Part shown: one piece after another, positions 36,717-45,636 of the stretch
How positions within the stretch are numbered: the first letter of the stretch is position 1
Layout: every line of letters starts with the position of its first letter
Source: a virus
Virus record (IMG/VR): IMGVR_UViG_3300011977_000001
Length of the DNA: 64,000 nt
Direction: 5' to 3' (one strand)
The notes under the pieces: model-generated
Seen by the model: only the letters and a program-made list of their open reading frames with translations
Told to the model about the DNA's origin: nothing
The model's database searches: none
Position numbers and translations under genes: made by a program

Positions 36717-37714
36717 TCATTTCTCCCGTTTCTGAACCATGCATGTCTTACTTTCACGTCAGCAGACTTGTTGATCTCACTGAAAAGGGAATAGGATTTC
36801 TCAAATGTCCCGCTAGACGGAAGGCCCAGCTGTGCCAGGTCATCCACACGCCCTCCCTGTCTCTTCATCGGTTTGATATGATGCTGCCTCAGAATTTCGT
36901 CTGTCTCTTTATCATTCAGAAGTCGATCAACTCTCATTGAACCTGTGATCCACCATGGATTCGTATCGGTTCTCGGGTTTGTTCTGTACTTGTAGCAGCC
37001 TCCCTTTGGAAGTTTGGGGAGCCCAGCCAGAGAATGCTGGAACTTTCCGGTCTTTGTGTACCCGTAGCTCATTGCTTCTTCCTGGTAGTCGTGATCTGCA
37101 TCGATCGTGCACTCAGCCCATACAAAGTTCTTTGGAAAAAGAGTCCTCACACCATCATCGTCTTTGCGAGCGAACTGCTTAGCGTCCGGTGTGTCTCCAA
37201 GATGCCAACCAGGTCTGTAAGCAAGTTTTCCGCTGCCTCCCTGTGTACCTTTTCCTCCCTGCTTTACCTGAGGTCTCCCAGTCTTTGAGGTCCCGGCTTT
37301 CTCGCCTTCTCTCGCATCAAGCCAAACGCCAAATGGAGTAGGAGCTCCGCCAGGGTTTGCAACCATTGGAGGATACAGCTTCCCGTTTTTCGTGAAGAAA
37401 ACTTTATATGCTTTCCTGGTATTTCTCGGAGGTGGGTCCTTCCTCAGGAAAGTGCAGTTTGCAATATCCTCGGCATTCGTGGTCTGGGGCACCGGTGCTT
37501 TCGGTTTTCTCCTTTTCTTCGGCTTTGCTGTCGTTTTTCCTGCAGACGCACTCGAATGAGTTCTTGCCTCAGTAGTTGATGCAGCCATGATTTTCTTCGC
37601 AGATGTGTGGCTATCAGGAACCGTTGTCTTTGCACCACCACCGCTTGTGAACTTACCATCCTTGCCGTGGTACGGGTTGTACTTTGTAAGCCAAACGTAC
37701 TGATCTGTGTTCAT
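36713..37714 (-). CDS. motif-tagged protein of unknown function
   Basis: The protein starts MNTDQYVWLTKYNPYHGKDGKFTSGG, with the core motif at 37649..37684. A Ser/Thr/Lys-rich linker and a ~230-aa unknown domain (..LAYRPGWH..VWAEC..YRTNP..WWITG) follow. Confidence 0.6.
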   Translation of the reverse strand: MNTDQYVWLTKYNPYHGKDGKFTSGGGAKTTVPDSHTSAKKIMAASTTEARTHSSASAGKTTAKPKKRRKPKAPVPQTTNAEDIANCTFLRKDPPPRNTRKAYKVFFTKNGKLYPPMVANPGGAPTPFGVWLDAREGEKAGTSKTGRPQVKQGGKGTQGGSGKLAYRPGWHLGDTPDAKQFARKDDDGVRTLFPKNFVWAECTIDADHDYQEEAMSYGYTKTGKFQHSLAGLPKLPKGGCYKYRTNPRTDTNPWWITGSMRVDRLLNDKETDEILRQHHIKPMKRQGGRVDDLAQLGLPSSGTFEKSYSLFSEINKSADVKVRHAWFRNGRNE

Positions 37715-37815
37715 CGGCTTCTCCTTTCTTTTTTGATTCCTGTGACCATCATGTCATAATCACGTTTGTGCGTTAATAGTTGAGGTAAACTTATTTAAGT
37801 GCGTTGTCATTGCAT

Positions 37816-37840
37816 AAAAAAAGAGTGGCCGAAGCCACTC
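37816..37840 (-). terminator. rho-independent terminator
   Basis: The minus strand reads GAGTGGC-TTCG-GCCACTC followed by TTTTTTT. Confidence 0.8.
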
Positions 37841-37863
37841 AGGTGCTCTTGTATCTTGTATCA

Positions 37864-38037
37864 ATTACTTGTTTTCAGAATCTCGTTCCTTCCTGCGATC
37901 ATTGAGCATTCTGCGAAACTCCTCGGTTTCTTCCTTAGTATGTCTCTCTCCGGAAGGATTGTATTTGAAATTGATCTTTGACGGTGTGAAATGAAATGCC
38001 TGAGCTCCTTCTTTTTCCCACCTCTCTGTCATTTTCA
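37864..38037 (-). CDS. hypothetical small protein (57 aa) with a degenerate KYNPSGER motif
   Basis: My own translation gives MKMTERWEKEGAQAFHFTPSKINFKYNPSGERHTKEETEEFRRMLNDRRKERDSENK. AGGAGAAAT serves as SD, and the ORF lies between the giant gene and the terminator. Confidence 0.45.
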
Positions 38038-38161
38038 TAGCAATTTCTCCTTTCTGGCCATCGGCTGTGCATTTGCTGTAAGTGTAACACTTTCATGTCA
38101 TTCGGAATGACGCACCTGTGTATGTTTCACGTGAAACATAGCTATCATTTATGTGCGCCTT

Positions 38162-41100
38162 TCAAGTAAAAGAATAGCCGAATCTTAATTCATCGAACGA
38201 TACAGCACAGTCAAAGCTCTTCGATACTCCTGCTGCACCATCAGGACCAGCCTCAACCACGTAAATCGTTGTCTTTCTCGCTCCGCTCGGCCAGGTCTGT
38301 TCTTCTTTGTGAAGTACCGTCCAGGAAGCCTTAGAGCTCGCCATGACCTCTTTTTCTCCGTAGGTAGATAAGTGATCGACTGGTGCGGCAGTCCTGTTGT
38401 GCAGGCATACAATCATAACAGAATCCTCATCATTTGCGCCTACATGAGCAAAGTTCAGCCCGACTGCTTTGTCGCTTGACCATGAGCTCATCCTGCCTCG
38501 CATATCGATCGTTGCGCCTTTGCCGGCCTTTTTCATGAACTCGTCATAGTCTTCACGCCTGCCGAAATGTATTCCTCGATACATCGTACCATCAAATGCT
38601 GGTGCTCTGTCCAGGTAGACTTCTGCTGCATCCTGGTCGGACTTTCTGAGTGTTTCATCAGCAAAATACTTTTCCAGCCCTTTCAGGCTTTTCTCTACTG
38701 AACCTCGGTCCAGTCCGGAGTCTTCTTGCATGTGTTTCAGCCTTGCTTCGATGTATCCTTCTCTCTCCCCTTCTTTTATGATACTGATCTGCCCTTTTGT
38801 CGGCTTTGTTGGCCGATAATCCCCATTTTGCTGAAGCAACTGGAAGCCATCGTCCAGAACATCTTTCATTTTCCCAGAGTTGAATGCCTCTATACAGTCA
38901 TCTTCAGAAATAAAGCCGTTGTCGATTGCATACAGAGCCTGATCAGAATCATCTCCATCGTCAAGCTGTTTCCGTACTTCTTTCAGGTGATTCCACCAGG
39001 AAGAGGACCCGGCCTCAGCTTTTGCTTTGATCTTCATTTCACCATGAGAGTTGCTTGTGTGCTGCTTAGTAGTCTTTCCTGTATGAGCTTTTCCTTTTCC
39101 TGGCTTGTAGTTGATGACTAAGGCGGCAGCGGTTCCGGTCGTAAATTTCCCGTCCTTACCGTGATACGGATTATACTTTTCAATAGCACTCTTCTCGACT
39201 TCTTTACCATCACTGTATGACGGCCAGAAGCCGAACTCATTCAGACTATCGCCGGCGAACTGAATCTCTTTAGCTTTAACTTTGAATGCATGTACTGGGA
39301 CGTTTTCATATCTTCCTTCTCCTTTTGCATAAGTTCTTGACAGTGATACCCAGTCGCCCTCATTCAGCTCGTCCTTCGGGCTTGCCCTATACACAGTCAC
39401 TTCTGCATCTGGGCTATCTTTGATCTTCCGCAGCGCAACCATCGATTCACGCAGCTCCGGTCCGTCAAGAGAATACCAGTCCGGGTGTTCCCAGAAATCA
39501 TCTGGAATCGCACCTTTCTCGGTTATGTCAAACGCTCTTCCTGACCTGCTCGGCCTGTGCTGAAGCGCATAATCCAGCTCCCCGCTCGGGTTATGCCTGT
39601 GTATTCTCTGGTCCGAATCGGGTTCTGATTTTGCTGCTTTCTTTCTCGGAACTGTAGATTTTGCGTTGCCTCCGGTTGTGAATTTACCATCAGCTCCGTG
39701 ATAAGGGTTGTATTTGTCTATTCTCTCTACCCCTAACATTTTCAAAACGGTATCATCCTGCAGACCATTCGCTGACTTACCGATGCCATCATCAGGGCCA
39801 GTCTCTACTACATAGATATATGTTTTTCTCGCTCCTTGATATTCAGTTGTTTCTGAGTACATTACCGTCCATCTTGCAGTTGAGCTTGCAAGAATCTCTT
39901 GTTCTCCCTGGCTGCTAATATGTGCGACCGGTGTTGATGTTCTGTTCTTTACGCACTGTATTACGACTGAATCCGCTTTTGAGTCTACTGCGTGCGCAAA
40001 TCCTCTGGCTATTTCTTCTAAGCTGGTCCATGAGCTAGGTTCGTCACGCATTCCAATCGTGCTTCCAGGCTTAACATGGGACATAAATTCGTCATACTGC
40101 TTGCTTCCCTTATCCCAGGCTATTCCTCGGTATGATATGCCATCAAACGCTGGAGATTTTGATACAAAATCATCGATCACATCACGGTCTTCTTCGTAGT
40201 AGGATCCTCCAAAATATTTTTTCAGTTTCTGGTAGTATTCCTCTGCTTTGTTCCTGTCTACTCCCGTATCTTCGCAGATATGTCTTAGCCTGGCTTCATC
40301 CCATCCAACTTTTGAGGCTTCTGCTGAAATGCTAGTCTGTCCTTTAGTCGGTTTTGTTGGGCGATAATCTCCATTTTTTTCGAGAATATTGAAGCCAGTG
40401 TCTAATAGCTCATCTGCAGTTCCTTCCTGCATAGCTTTTATACAGTCTGTTTGTGATGCGAAGTAATGTTTCTTTGCATACAGGGCTTTTTTGTTTTCTT
40501 TTTCTCCTCTTAGTTTGTCTCGCTCATTTTTTATATGATCGAACCACTCATTATTATGAGACTCATTCTCTCTTGAAATATCATTTTCATGCGTTTCACT
40601 GGTATGCGAAATATTACTTACCATCGAAGCGGCCATTTCCTTTTGGCTTGTCTTAAATGGAACAGTTGTCTTAGCATTTCCACCAGTCGTAAATTTCCCG
40701 TCTTTCCCGTGGTAGGGATTATATTTGACGATCTCTTCCAGGCTATTCATTCCAAGAAGTTTTGCGGTCGAATCATCAAATCCGAGCATCTTGGCAACTT
40801 TTACCATGGGTTCCGACTTCTCAATGCTCCCGTCTTCCTTTGTGACATAAAGGACCGGTATCTTGTCGAGTCCCAGGTTGTATGCAGCCATCGCACGATG
40901 TCTCCCCTCCTGGCCTCCGTTGCCTTCTCCGACATTCAGATACGGCATATCCATTTCCGTTCCGTTTTCCATCTTTCCAGCCAAGTTCTCAATGTTCTTC
41001 TTATCCAAACCCAGCACCTGGCTAAGGGCTGTTGTGGTTCCTTCCCCTGTTTCTTTCCCTGTGTTGAAGTTTGCTGCGCATCTTTCCAGATACTCTTCAG

Positions 41101-43300
41101 GGGACATTTCAACGATTGTGGCTTTCAGACCATGATCTCGTAAGTTTTCCCGATCATCGTAGAAACTGATTCCTGTACTATCCTTAAATCCCGGATAATG
41201 TTTCTGGCTTGCCGGTGTCGGTTCAGGCATATCTGCGTTTGTCTTTGGTCCACCATCTGCATTCGCTATGACCTGCTTCAGATGTTTGTTCGCCTGCTGT
41301 AAGTCTTCCAGGGCTTTATCAGACTTTTGAGCTGCTGCATGAAATTCTTCTCTTCCTTCTTCAGGTGGAAGTCCGATTGAAGCCATGAACTTATCATCCT
41401 CGGTCCATTGGTCCTTCGGCTTTTGTTTCAGGTTCTTGTATGCCCTGTCTTTCTCTGCATCTGCTTCATTAAATGCGTCTGCTGCAGCTTTCAGCCTTGC
41501 CCTTGCTTCTTTGTACTCTGACGTAGAAAGGACTTTCGCTCCGATCTCTTTCGAGTAGTCATGCATCGGTTCTCCACTCAGCTTCGATACTTTCTGTGAA
41601 TGAGCTGAGGTCCCATTCGGGTCCACTACAACGCCAGCCCCTGCTGCACAAAACCTCCCGTTTGCATCGTGATTGTGATTGTATTTCAGGATCTCACCAT
41701 CGATTTTGTCCAGGTCGCTCTGTGCATCGTCCGCTTTTTGAATGATTTCTTCTTCAGGCAGTCCCAGCATTTTCTGAATGATCTTCCTTTTTGCCGGTTC
41801 CACCATCAAAAGCTGTGGGCAACGGACCGCTGATTTTTTCAAGCTGCTTCCTCCTGCAAACTGTCCCTGTGTATGATCGATCCAGGCTACATCTTCCAGT
41901 TTTACTGTTCTTGAATACGGGGGATTTCCGCCATAAGAGACCGCATCCTCCCGGCTCGGTGTTACAAAAATTCCGTTCGTGATCGGATGTGAGGAATATA
42001 TTCTGATCTTTCCCGTCTTCAATGCTTTCTGTGCATCAGCCCAGGTATAATCATCTGTATAGTCGTCTCCTGGTTCAAATCCCTCATTAGCCAAGTTTTC
42101 AGGCTGAAGTGTCTCGGCAAATGTCTTAATGTCATCGACTGATCTTATCCATGTCTGATAGCTATTCGGTGCGGGATTGCCGGCCGTAACGATCTTGAAC
42201 TGTCTCTTTTTCAGGTCCGCTACACTTTCTGTGCTTTCTTTGGCTTCCGCTTCTGGTGTCTTTCCACCATCGCCTGTGACATTGTGCCCAGCTCCGACAA
42301 ACTTGCCGTCCTTCCCGTGATTATGATTGTATTTTTCTATCGATTCTTCTGCAGACTTCTCAACATCATCCGGTATCCGATAAATGACATTCAGCTGATA
42401 ATCTTTATCACCCATGACAGGCTGTGCTCCGACCAATTCCAGCTTTTTGTTTCTCCCCAGTACCACTTCGCTCTCGCCCTCATTATCTGTAACAAGTGCA
42501 TGTGTTCCCTCTGGTGTCAGAATTGAAACTCTTACAGGACGATCTCTGAAGTAATTCAGCTCGCTAGCCATCGATGCCGACATATATCCAGGGTTTCTAA
42601 GCATCTTTCCAGTGTGCTTATTGATCTGATCTGCGATAGCCTGTACGGATTGAAGATCCCACTTGCCTGATTTGACCGCTCTCTCAACATCTTCTCCGAT
42701 TGCATACACACTTTGAATGTCGTTCATCCTGGTCAACATGACCTCTTTTTTCAAAGTATCTGCGTGTGTTGCTTTATCCAGTTCGCCAATCAGATCATCT
42801 TTCAAGCTCTCTTTCATCAAGTACATTTCAACTTCAATTTCCCGATCGGTTTTTCCTTCTTTTTTCAGATGTTCTCTATAAGATTCCTCAGTTCCGCCGC
42901 ACCGAAGATAAGCATTGATTCTTTTGGATTTACCATTGTTTACATATTCGTTCTGCGCTCTTCTGACAGCTTCAGCGGTATCTTTGTCCATCGGCTTTTC
43001 TCTTGTTGGGCCCTGCTTATTCAAATAGGCCCAATAATCAGTTTCGGACATGTCCTGGTATGTTTTCCCACCTACTGTGATCTTTTCGCCTGAATATCGT
43101 GTCATGTACTCATCCATCTGGGCAAAGTTATAGCCGCTGGTATCTTCATTCATGTCCACCTGTTCAAAACTCAATCCGCTATCGCCATCACCGGTTACAT
43201 TCTGGCCACTTGGTGCAAATTTTCCGTCCTTCCCGTGGTTGTGGTTATATTTGAGTATGCTGACTCTGTTCTTTCGTGCTTCTGTGAACAGTATTGCCAT
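38162..43300 (-). CDS. giant polyvalent effector protein (~1712 aa): six leader-delimited modules including three ADP-ribosyltransferase domains and a ParB/Srx-like domain
   Basis: I chose ATG 43300 (MAILFTEARK; AAAGGAG SD) over the track start at 43360. Core motifs lie at 43217, 42299, 41651, 40691, 39680 and 39143. ART triads are INAYLR/YMSAS/EGESEVV, YRG/SSWTS/QGEQEIL and YRG/SSWSS/YGEKEVM. The ParB-like motif is GQEGRHRAMAA...IPV. Confidence 0.8.
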   Translation of the reverse strand: MAILFTEARKNRVSILKYNHNHGKDGKFAPSGQNVTGDGDSGLSFEQVDMNEDTSGYNFAQMDEYMTRYSGEKITVGGKTYQDMSETDYWAYLNKQGPTREKPMDKDTAEAVRRAQNEYVNNGKSKRINAYLRCGGTEESYREHLKKEGKTDREIEVEMYLMKESLKDDLIGELDKATHADTLKKEVMLTRMNDIQSVYAIGEDVERAVKSGKWDLQSVQAIADQINKHTGKMLRNPGYMSASMASELNYFRDRPVRVSILTPEGTHALVTDNEGESEVVLGRNKKLELVGAQPVMGDKDYQLNVIYRIPDDVEKSAEESIEKYNHNHGKDGKFVGAGHNVTGDGGKTPEAEAKESTESVADLKKRQFKIVTAGNPAPNSYQTWIRSVDDIKTFAETLQPENLANEGFEPGDDYTDDYTWADAQKALKTGKIRIYSSHPITNGIFVTPSREDAVSYGGNPPYSRTVKLEDVAWIDHTQGQFAGGSSLKKSAVRCPQLLMVEPAKRKIIQKMLGLPEEEIIQKADDAQSDLDKIDGEILKYNHNHDANGRFCAAGAGVVVDPNGTSAHSQKVSKLSGEPMHDYSKEIGAKVLSTSEYKEARARLKAAADAFNEADAEKDRAYKNLKQKPKDQWTEDDKFMASIGLPPEEGREEFHAAAQKSDKALEDLQQANKHLKQVIANADGGPKTNADMPEPTPASQKHYPGFKDSTGISFYDDRENLRDHGLKATIVEMSPEEYLERCAANFNTGKETGEGTTTALSQVLGLDKKNIENLAGKMENGTEMDMPYLNVGEGNGGQEGRHRAMAAYNLGLDKIPVLYVTKEDGSIEKSEPMVKVAKMLGFDDSTAKLLGMNSLEEIVKYNPYHGKDGKFTTGGNAKTTVPFKTSQKEMAASMVSNISHTSETHENDISRENESHNNEWFDHIKNERDKLRGEKENKKALYAKKHYFASQTDCIKAMQEGTADELLDTGFNILEKNGDYRPTKPTKGQTSISAEASKVGWDEARLRHICEDTGVDRNKAEEYYQKLKKYFGGSYYEEDRDVIDDFVSKSPAFDGISYRGIAWDKGSKQYDEFMSHVKPGSTIGMRDEPSSWTSLEEIARGFAHAVDSKADSVVIQCVKNRTSTPVAHISSQGEQEILASSTARWTVMYSETTEYQGARKTYIYVVETGPDDGIGKSANGLQDDTVLKMLGVERIDKYNPYHGADGKFTTGGNAKSTVPRKKAAKSEPDSDQRIHRHNPSGELDYALQHRPSRSGRAFDITEKGAIPDDFWEHPDWYSLDGPELRESMVALRKIKDSPDAEVTVYRASPKDELNEGDWVSLSRTYAKGEGRYENVPVHAFKVKAKEIQFAGDSLNEFGFWPSYSDGKEVEKSAIEKYNPYHGKDGKFTTGTAAALVINYKPGKGKAHTGKTTKQHTSNSHGEMKIKAKAEAGSSSWWNHLKEVRKQLDDGDDSDQALYAIDNGFISEDDCIEAFNSGKMKDVLDDGFQLLQQNGDYRPTKPTKGQISIIKEGEREGYIEARLKHMQEDSGLDRGSVEKSLKGLEKYFADETLRKSDQDAAEVYLDRAPAFDGTMYRGIHFGRREDYDEFMKKAGKGATIDMRGRMSSWSSDKAVGLNFAHVGANDEDSVMIVCLHNRTAAPVDHLSTYGEKEVMASSKASWTVLHKEEQTWPSGARKTTIYVVEAGPDGAAGVSKSFDCAVSFDELRFGYSFT

Positions 43301-43465
43301 ATGCTTGCTCCTTTCTGTGCGTCCACCTGCCTTAACTTTATGCATTAGTACGTTTTTCATAAAGGATTCAGGTCACATTCAACGGGGTACGCATTTGACA
43401 GAGCATAAAAAAGACGGCTGCCCTGGTTTTTGCCATGACAACCGTCTTTTACTGATTTGTTTATT

Positions 43466-43654
43466 CTATTCTATCTCTCGTTCCGGGCACTTGCTGGTGC
43501 TATCAGCGTCAACATACTTGCCAGGCTTTTCTCCGTACTTTTCGCATTTCAGTCCTGCGTTGTGTACACAGTCGAAGCATTGAGATTCTTTCACTGCCTC
43601 CAATATCAAATTATCTTCCATATCGGAGACTCGCCTTTTCGGTCTTTCAGCCAT
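43466..43654 (-). CDS. hypothetical small Cys-rich protein
   Basis: 62-aa ORF containing CFDC...C...C, which is possibly Zn-binding. It lies downstream of the tandem paralogue pair. Confidence 0.45.
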   Translation of the reverse strand: MAERPKRRVSDMEDNLILEAVKESQCFDCVHNAGLKCEKYGEKPGKYVDADSTSKCPEREIE

Positions 43655-43666
43655 CGTTGCCTCCGA

Positions 43667-43864
43667 TCACAGCATAATTCCACGATTCTTTGCGGTCTCT
43701 ATCATTTCTACATACTTTGCGTATGCCTGGACCGCTTTATCCGGTGCGCCCGGCTTCAGTCCTTTGATTCCACCATCATGAACACCATCATATCCAGGCT
43801 GATCAAAGGCAGGATAATACTCCACATACTGGTCAAAGTCTTTGATCGCATCATATGAAATCAT
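43667..43864 (-). CDS. small protein, tandem paralogue 2
   Basis: 65-aa ORF that shares DQPG[FY]DG[IV]H.GGIKGLKPGAPD.A[IV]QAYAKYV with 43876..44082. Confidence 0.55.
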   Translation of the reverse strand: MISYDAIKDFDQYVEYYPAFDQPGYDGVHDGGIKGLKPGAPDKAVQAYAKYVEMIETAKNRGIML

Positions 43865-43875
43865 ATGTATCCTCC

Positions 43876-44082
43876 TCAGTCGATAAATTCTTTCTTGCCA
43901 GGTTCATTACCTTCTTCAGCTTCAGCAACGTACTTCGCATACGCTTGTATTGCCTCATCCGGTGCACCAGGTTTCAGTCCCTTGATTCCTCCGTAGTGAA
44001 TACCATCAAACCCAGGCTGGTCCGGAAACGGCCAGTGTTCAATGTAATCTTCAAACTTTCTGAACGTTTCTTCTCTGGTCAT
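43876..44082 (-). CDS. small protein, tandem paralogue 1 (candidate inhibitor/immunity protein for the upstream metallopeptidase-like gene)
   Basis: 68-aa ORF immediately downstream of 44102..45019 and a paralogue of 43667..43864. Confidence 0.55.
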   Translation of the reverse strand: MTREETFRKFEDYIEHWPFPDQPGFDGIHYGGIKGLKPGAPDEAIQAYAKYVAEAEEGNEPGKKEFID

Positions 44083-44101
44083 CGCACATCCTCCCTATCT
44101 G

Positions 44102-45019
44102 TTATGAATTATCGCTCATGTACTTCGGCCTATATGCCTTATCCAGTTCTTCTCTGGCCAATCTTACCACCTCTTTGGCTACTGGTGTAGCATTATCACC
44201 ATTAGCATTGACATCCGCAAAGCTCTCTGCGAATGCCTCTTTATAGCCCTTTTCGACCGACTGTCTGGACAGTTCCATCAGAATAGCAGTAGCGTCTTTT
44301 CCTCTTCCCTCCGGTGTCTGCTGTACATGTTTGACTGCTGTATCAACAATCTGATTTGCGTAAGTATGCGCATTCCACATGTTTACTTCATCCACACCGG
44401 TATGACCATGGGCTATAATTATTGCGCTTTCTACGCAATGTCCTGCCTCGTGGGCAATCGTTGACTGCGGAGTGGCATTTTTTACCCACCATCTTTGCTT
44501 TCCACTTCCGAACAGGTTATCGGTACTTTCAATCTTAGCCGCTGCAGCCGCTTGTTTCAGGGTTCCCCAGTCCTCCGGATTCAGTTCAAGCGTATTACCA
44601 TTTGTTTGAGCACATGCGTCTCTCCTACGACATATCACAACCTTGTCCAAATAGCTCTTGATCTCAGGAAATTGCTGAGCCACTGAGCCGAATCCTTCCA
44701 TTGCCGCTTTTGCCGCATCTAATCCAATTTTCTTTTTTACTGAAGGTGAGAATCCGTTCCGAAATCCGCATACTTCTCTAGCTGCTATTGTCAGCTCTCT
44801 GTAATCCTTACGCTTTGAGATAGCACTGCTTTTTCTGGCTGCCTCACTTGCTGCGTATCTCTTCTTTTCTCTTGCTACCGCATGATCAGCCAGAGACTGT
44901 TTCGCAGGATTCTTCGTTCTGAACGTAAATGAAGTAGCTGCTGCGCCAGTTGTAAACCGGCCGTCTGAGCCGTGATACGGATTAAATTTCTTTATCTCTT
45001 CTACCAGCTCCACCATCAC
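44102..45019 (-). CDS. leader-tagged HEAGH zinc-metallopeptidase-like protein (paralogue 1 of 3)
   Basis: The protein starts MMVELVEEIKKFNPYHGSDGRFTTG, with the core motif at 44954..44989. It has the HExxH motif AHEAGHCVE and the C-terminal block EAFAESFADVNANGDNATPVAKEV, which is shared with 45637..47385 and 54904..56067. Confidence 0.65.
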   Translation of the reverse strand: MMVELVEEIKKFNPYHGSDGRFTTGAAATSFTFRTKNPAKQSLADHAVAREKKRYAASEAARKSSAISKRKDYRELTIAAREVCGFRNGFSPSVKKKIGLDAAKAAMEGFGSVAQQFPEIKSYLDKVVICRRRDACAQTNGNTLELNPEDWGTLKQAAAAAKIESTDNLFGSGKQRWWVKNATPQSTIAHEAGHCVESAIIIAHGHTGVDEVNMWNAHTYANQIVDTAVKHVQQTPEGRGKDATAILMELSRQSVEKGYKEAFAESFADVNANGDNATPVAKEVVRLAREELDKAYRPKYMSDNS

Positions 45020-45365
45020 TGTTTACCTCCGTGATTCGATTGTAAGTTGAGTTGTGCACAATCTGTAAGAACCCAGGTAAGCTCTTTATTGCTTTGAAAA
45101 TATGCAAATCAGTATATCGATCTCTCCTGCTGCCACCATCACTAGAACAAATGACCGGAAGAGCAATCTCAGAGTCTTTCCTTCTGACTCCTCGGTCTTC
45201 TCTTCTTCACTCTTCCCGTTCATCAGAATATCATTTTTGCGCTTCTATTTTCCGCTGTGACAGCTTTTTCGCTATCACATATATTATATTGTGTCTGTAA
45301 GAGCTAGGAGCGGAGCTGGGGTCAATACGCTAGCCACCTGGGCAACCATGCAATCTGAGACACTG

Positions 45366-45623
45366 TTACTTCCCGTTCTTTTCAGCTGCGAGTTTTGCAA
45401 AATGTCTCATTACCTCATAGCATTCTTCCACGTCAGTGAGCCGGCATTTTCCATCCTTTTCCAGGATATAAAGCGGAGGTCCGCTGAAATTGATTTCGCC
45501 TTCTTTTTCAAAGAATCCTTTATAAGCGTTATAGCCGTTCCACTGACCATAATACTTAATGACCTTATACGGAAGATTCTCTTCTTTGATGAAATCCATC
45601 ACCAGGAGTTCTCGCTTTGTCAT
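45366..45623 (-). CDS. hypothetical small protein; candidate immunity protein for the upstream papain-like module
   Basis: 85-aa ORF starting 14 nt after the stop of 45637..47385. No motif recognised. Confidence 0.5.
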   Translation of the reverse strand: MTKRELLVMDFIKEENLPYKVIKYYGQWNGYNAYKGFFEKEGEINFSGPPLYILEKDGKCRLTDVEECYEVMRHFAKLAAEKNGK

Positions 45624-45636
45624 TCTTCTTCCTCCG

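Noticed and set aside
43301-43360. The track places the start of the giant gene at 43360 (MKNVLMHKVKAGGRTERSKH...).
   Set aside because: There is no SD before 43360. ATG 43300 has an AAAGGAG SD and yields the shared leader MAILFTEARK, which matches the other leader-tagged genes.
45020-45365. A 45-aa hydrophobic minus-strand ORF (45086..45223, MNGKSEEEKTEESEGKTLRLLFRSFVLVMVAAGEIDILICIFSKQ) lies in a 345-nt gap, and the track shows plus-strand ORFs there (45052..45300, 45291..45713).
   Set aside because: The small ORF has no SD and is very short. The plus-strand ORFs have no SD and one runs antisense into the next gene. The gap more likely holds the promoter and operator for the 45019 operon (TATAAT-like and GTGCAC elements), so I did not list it as a feature.
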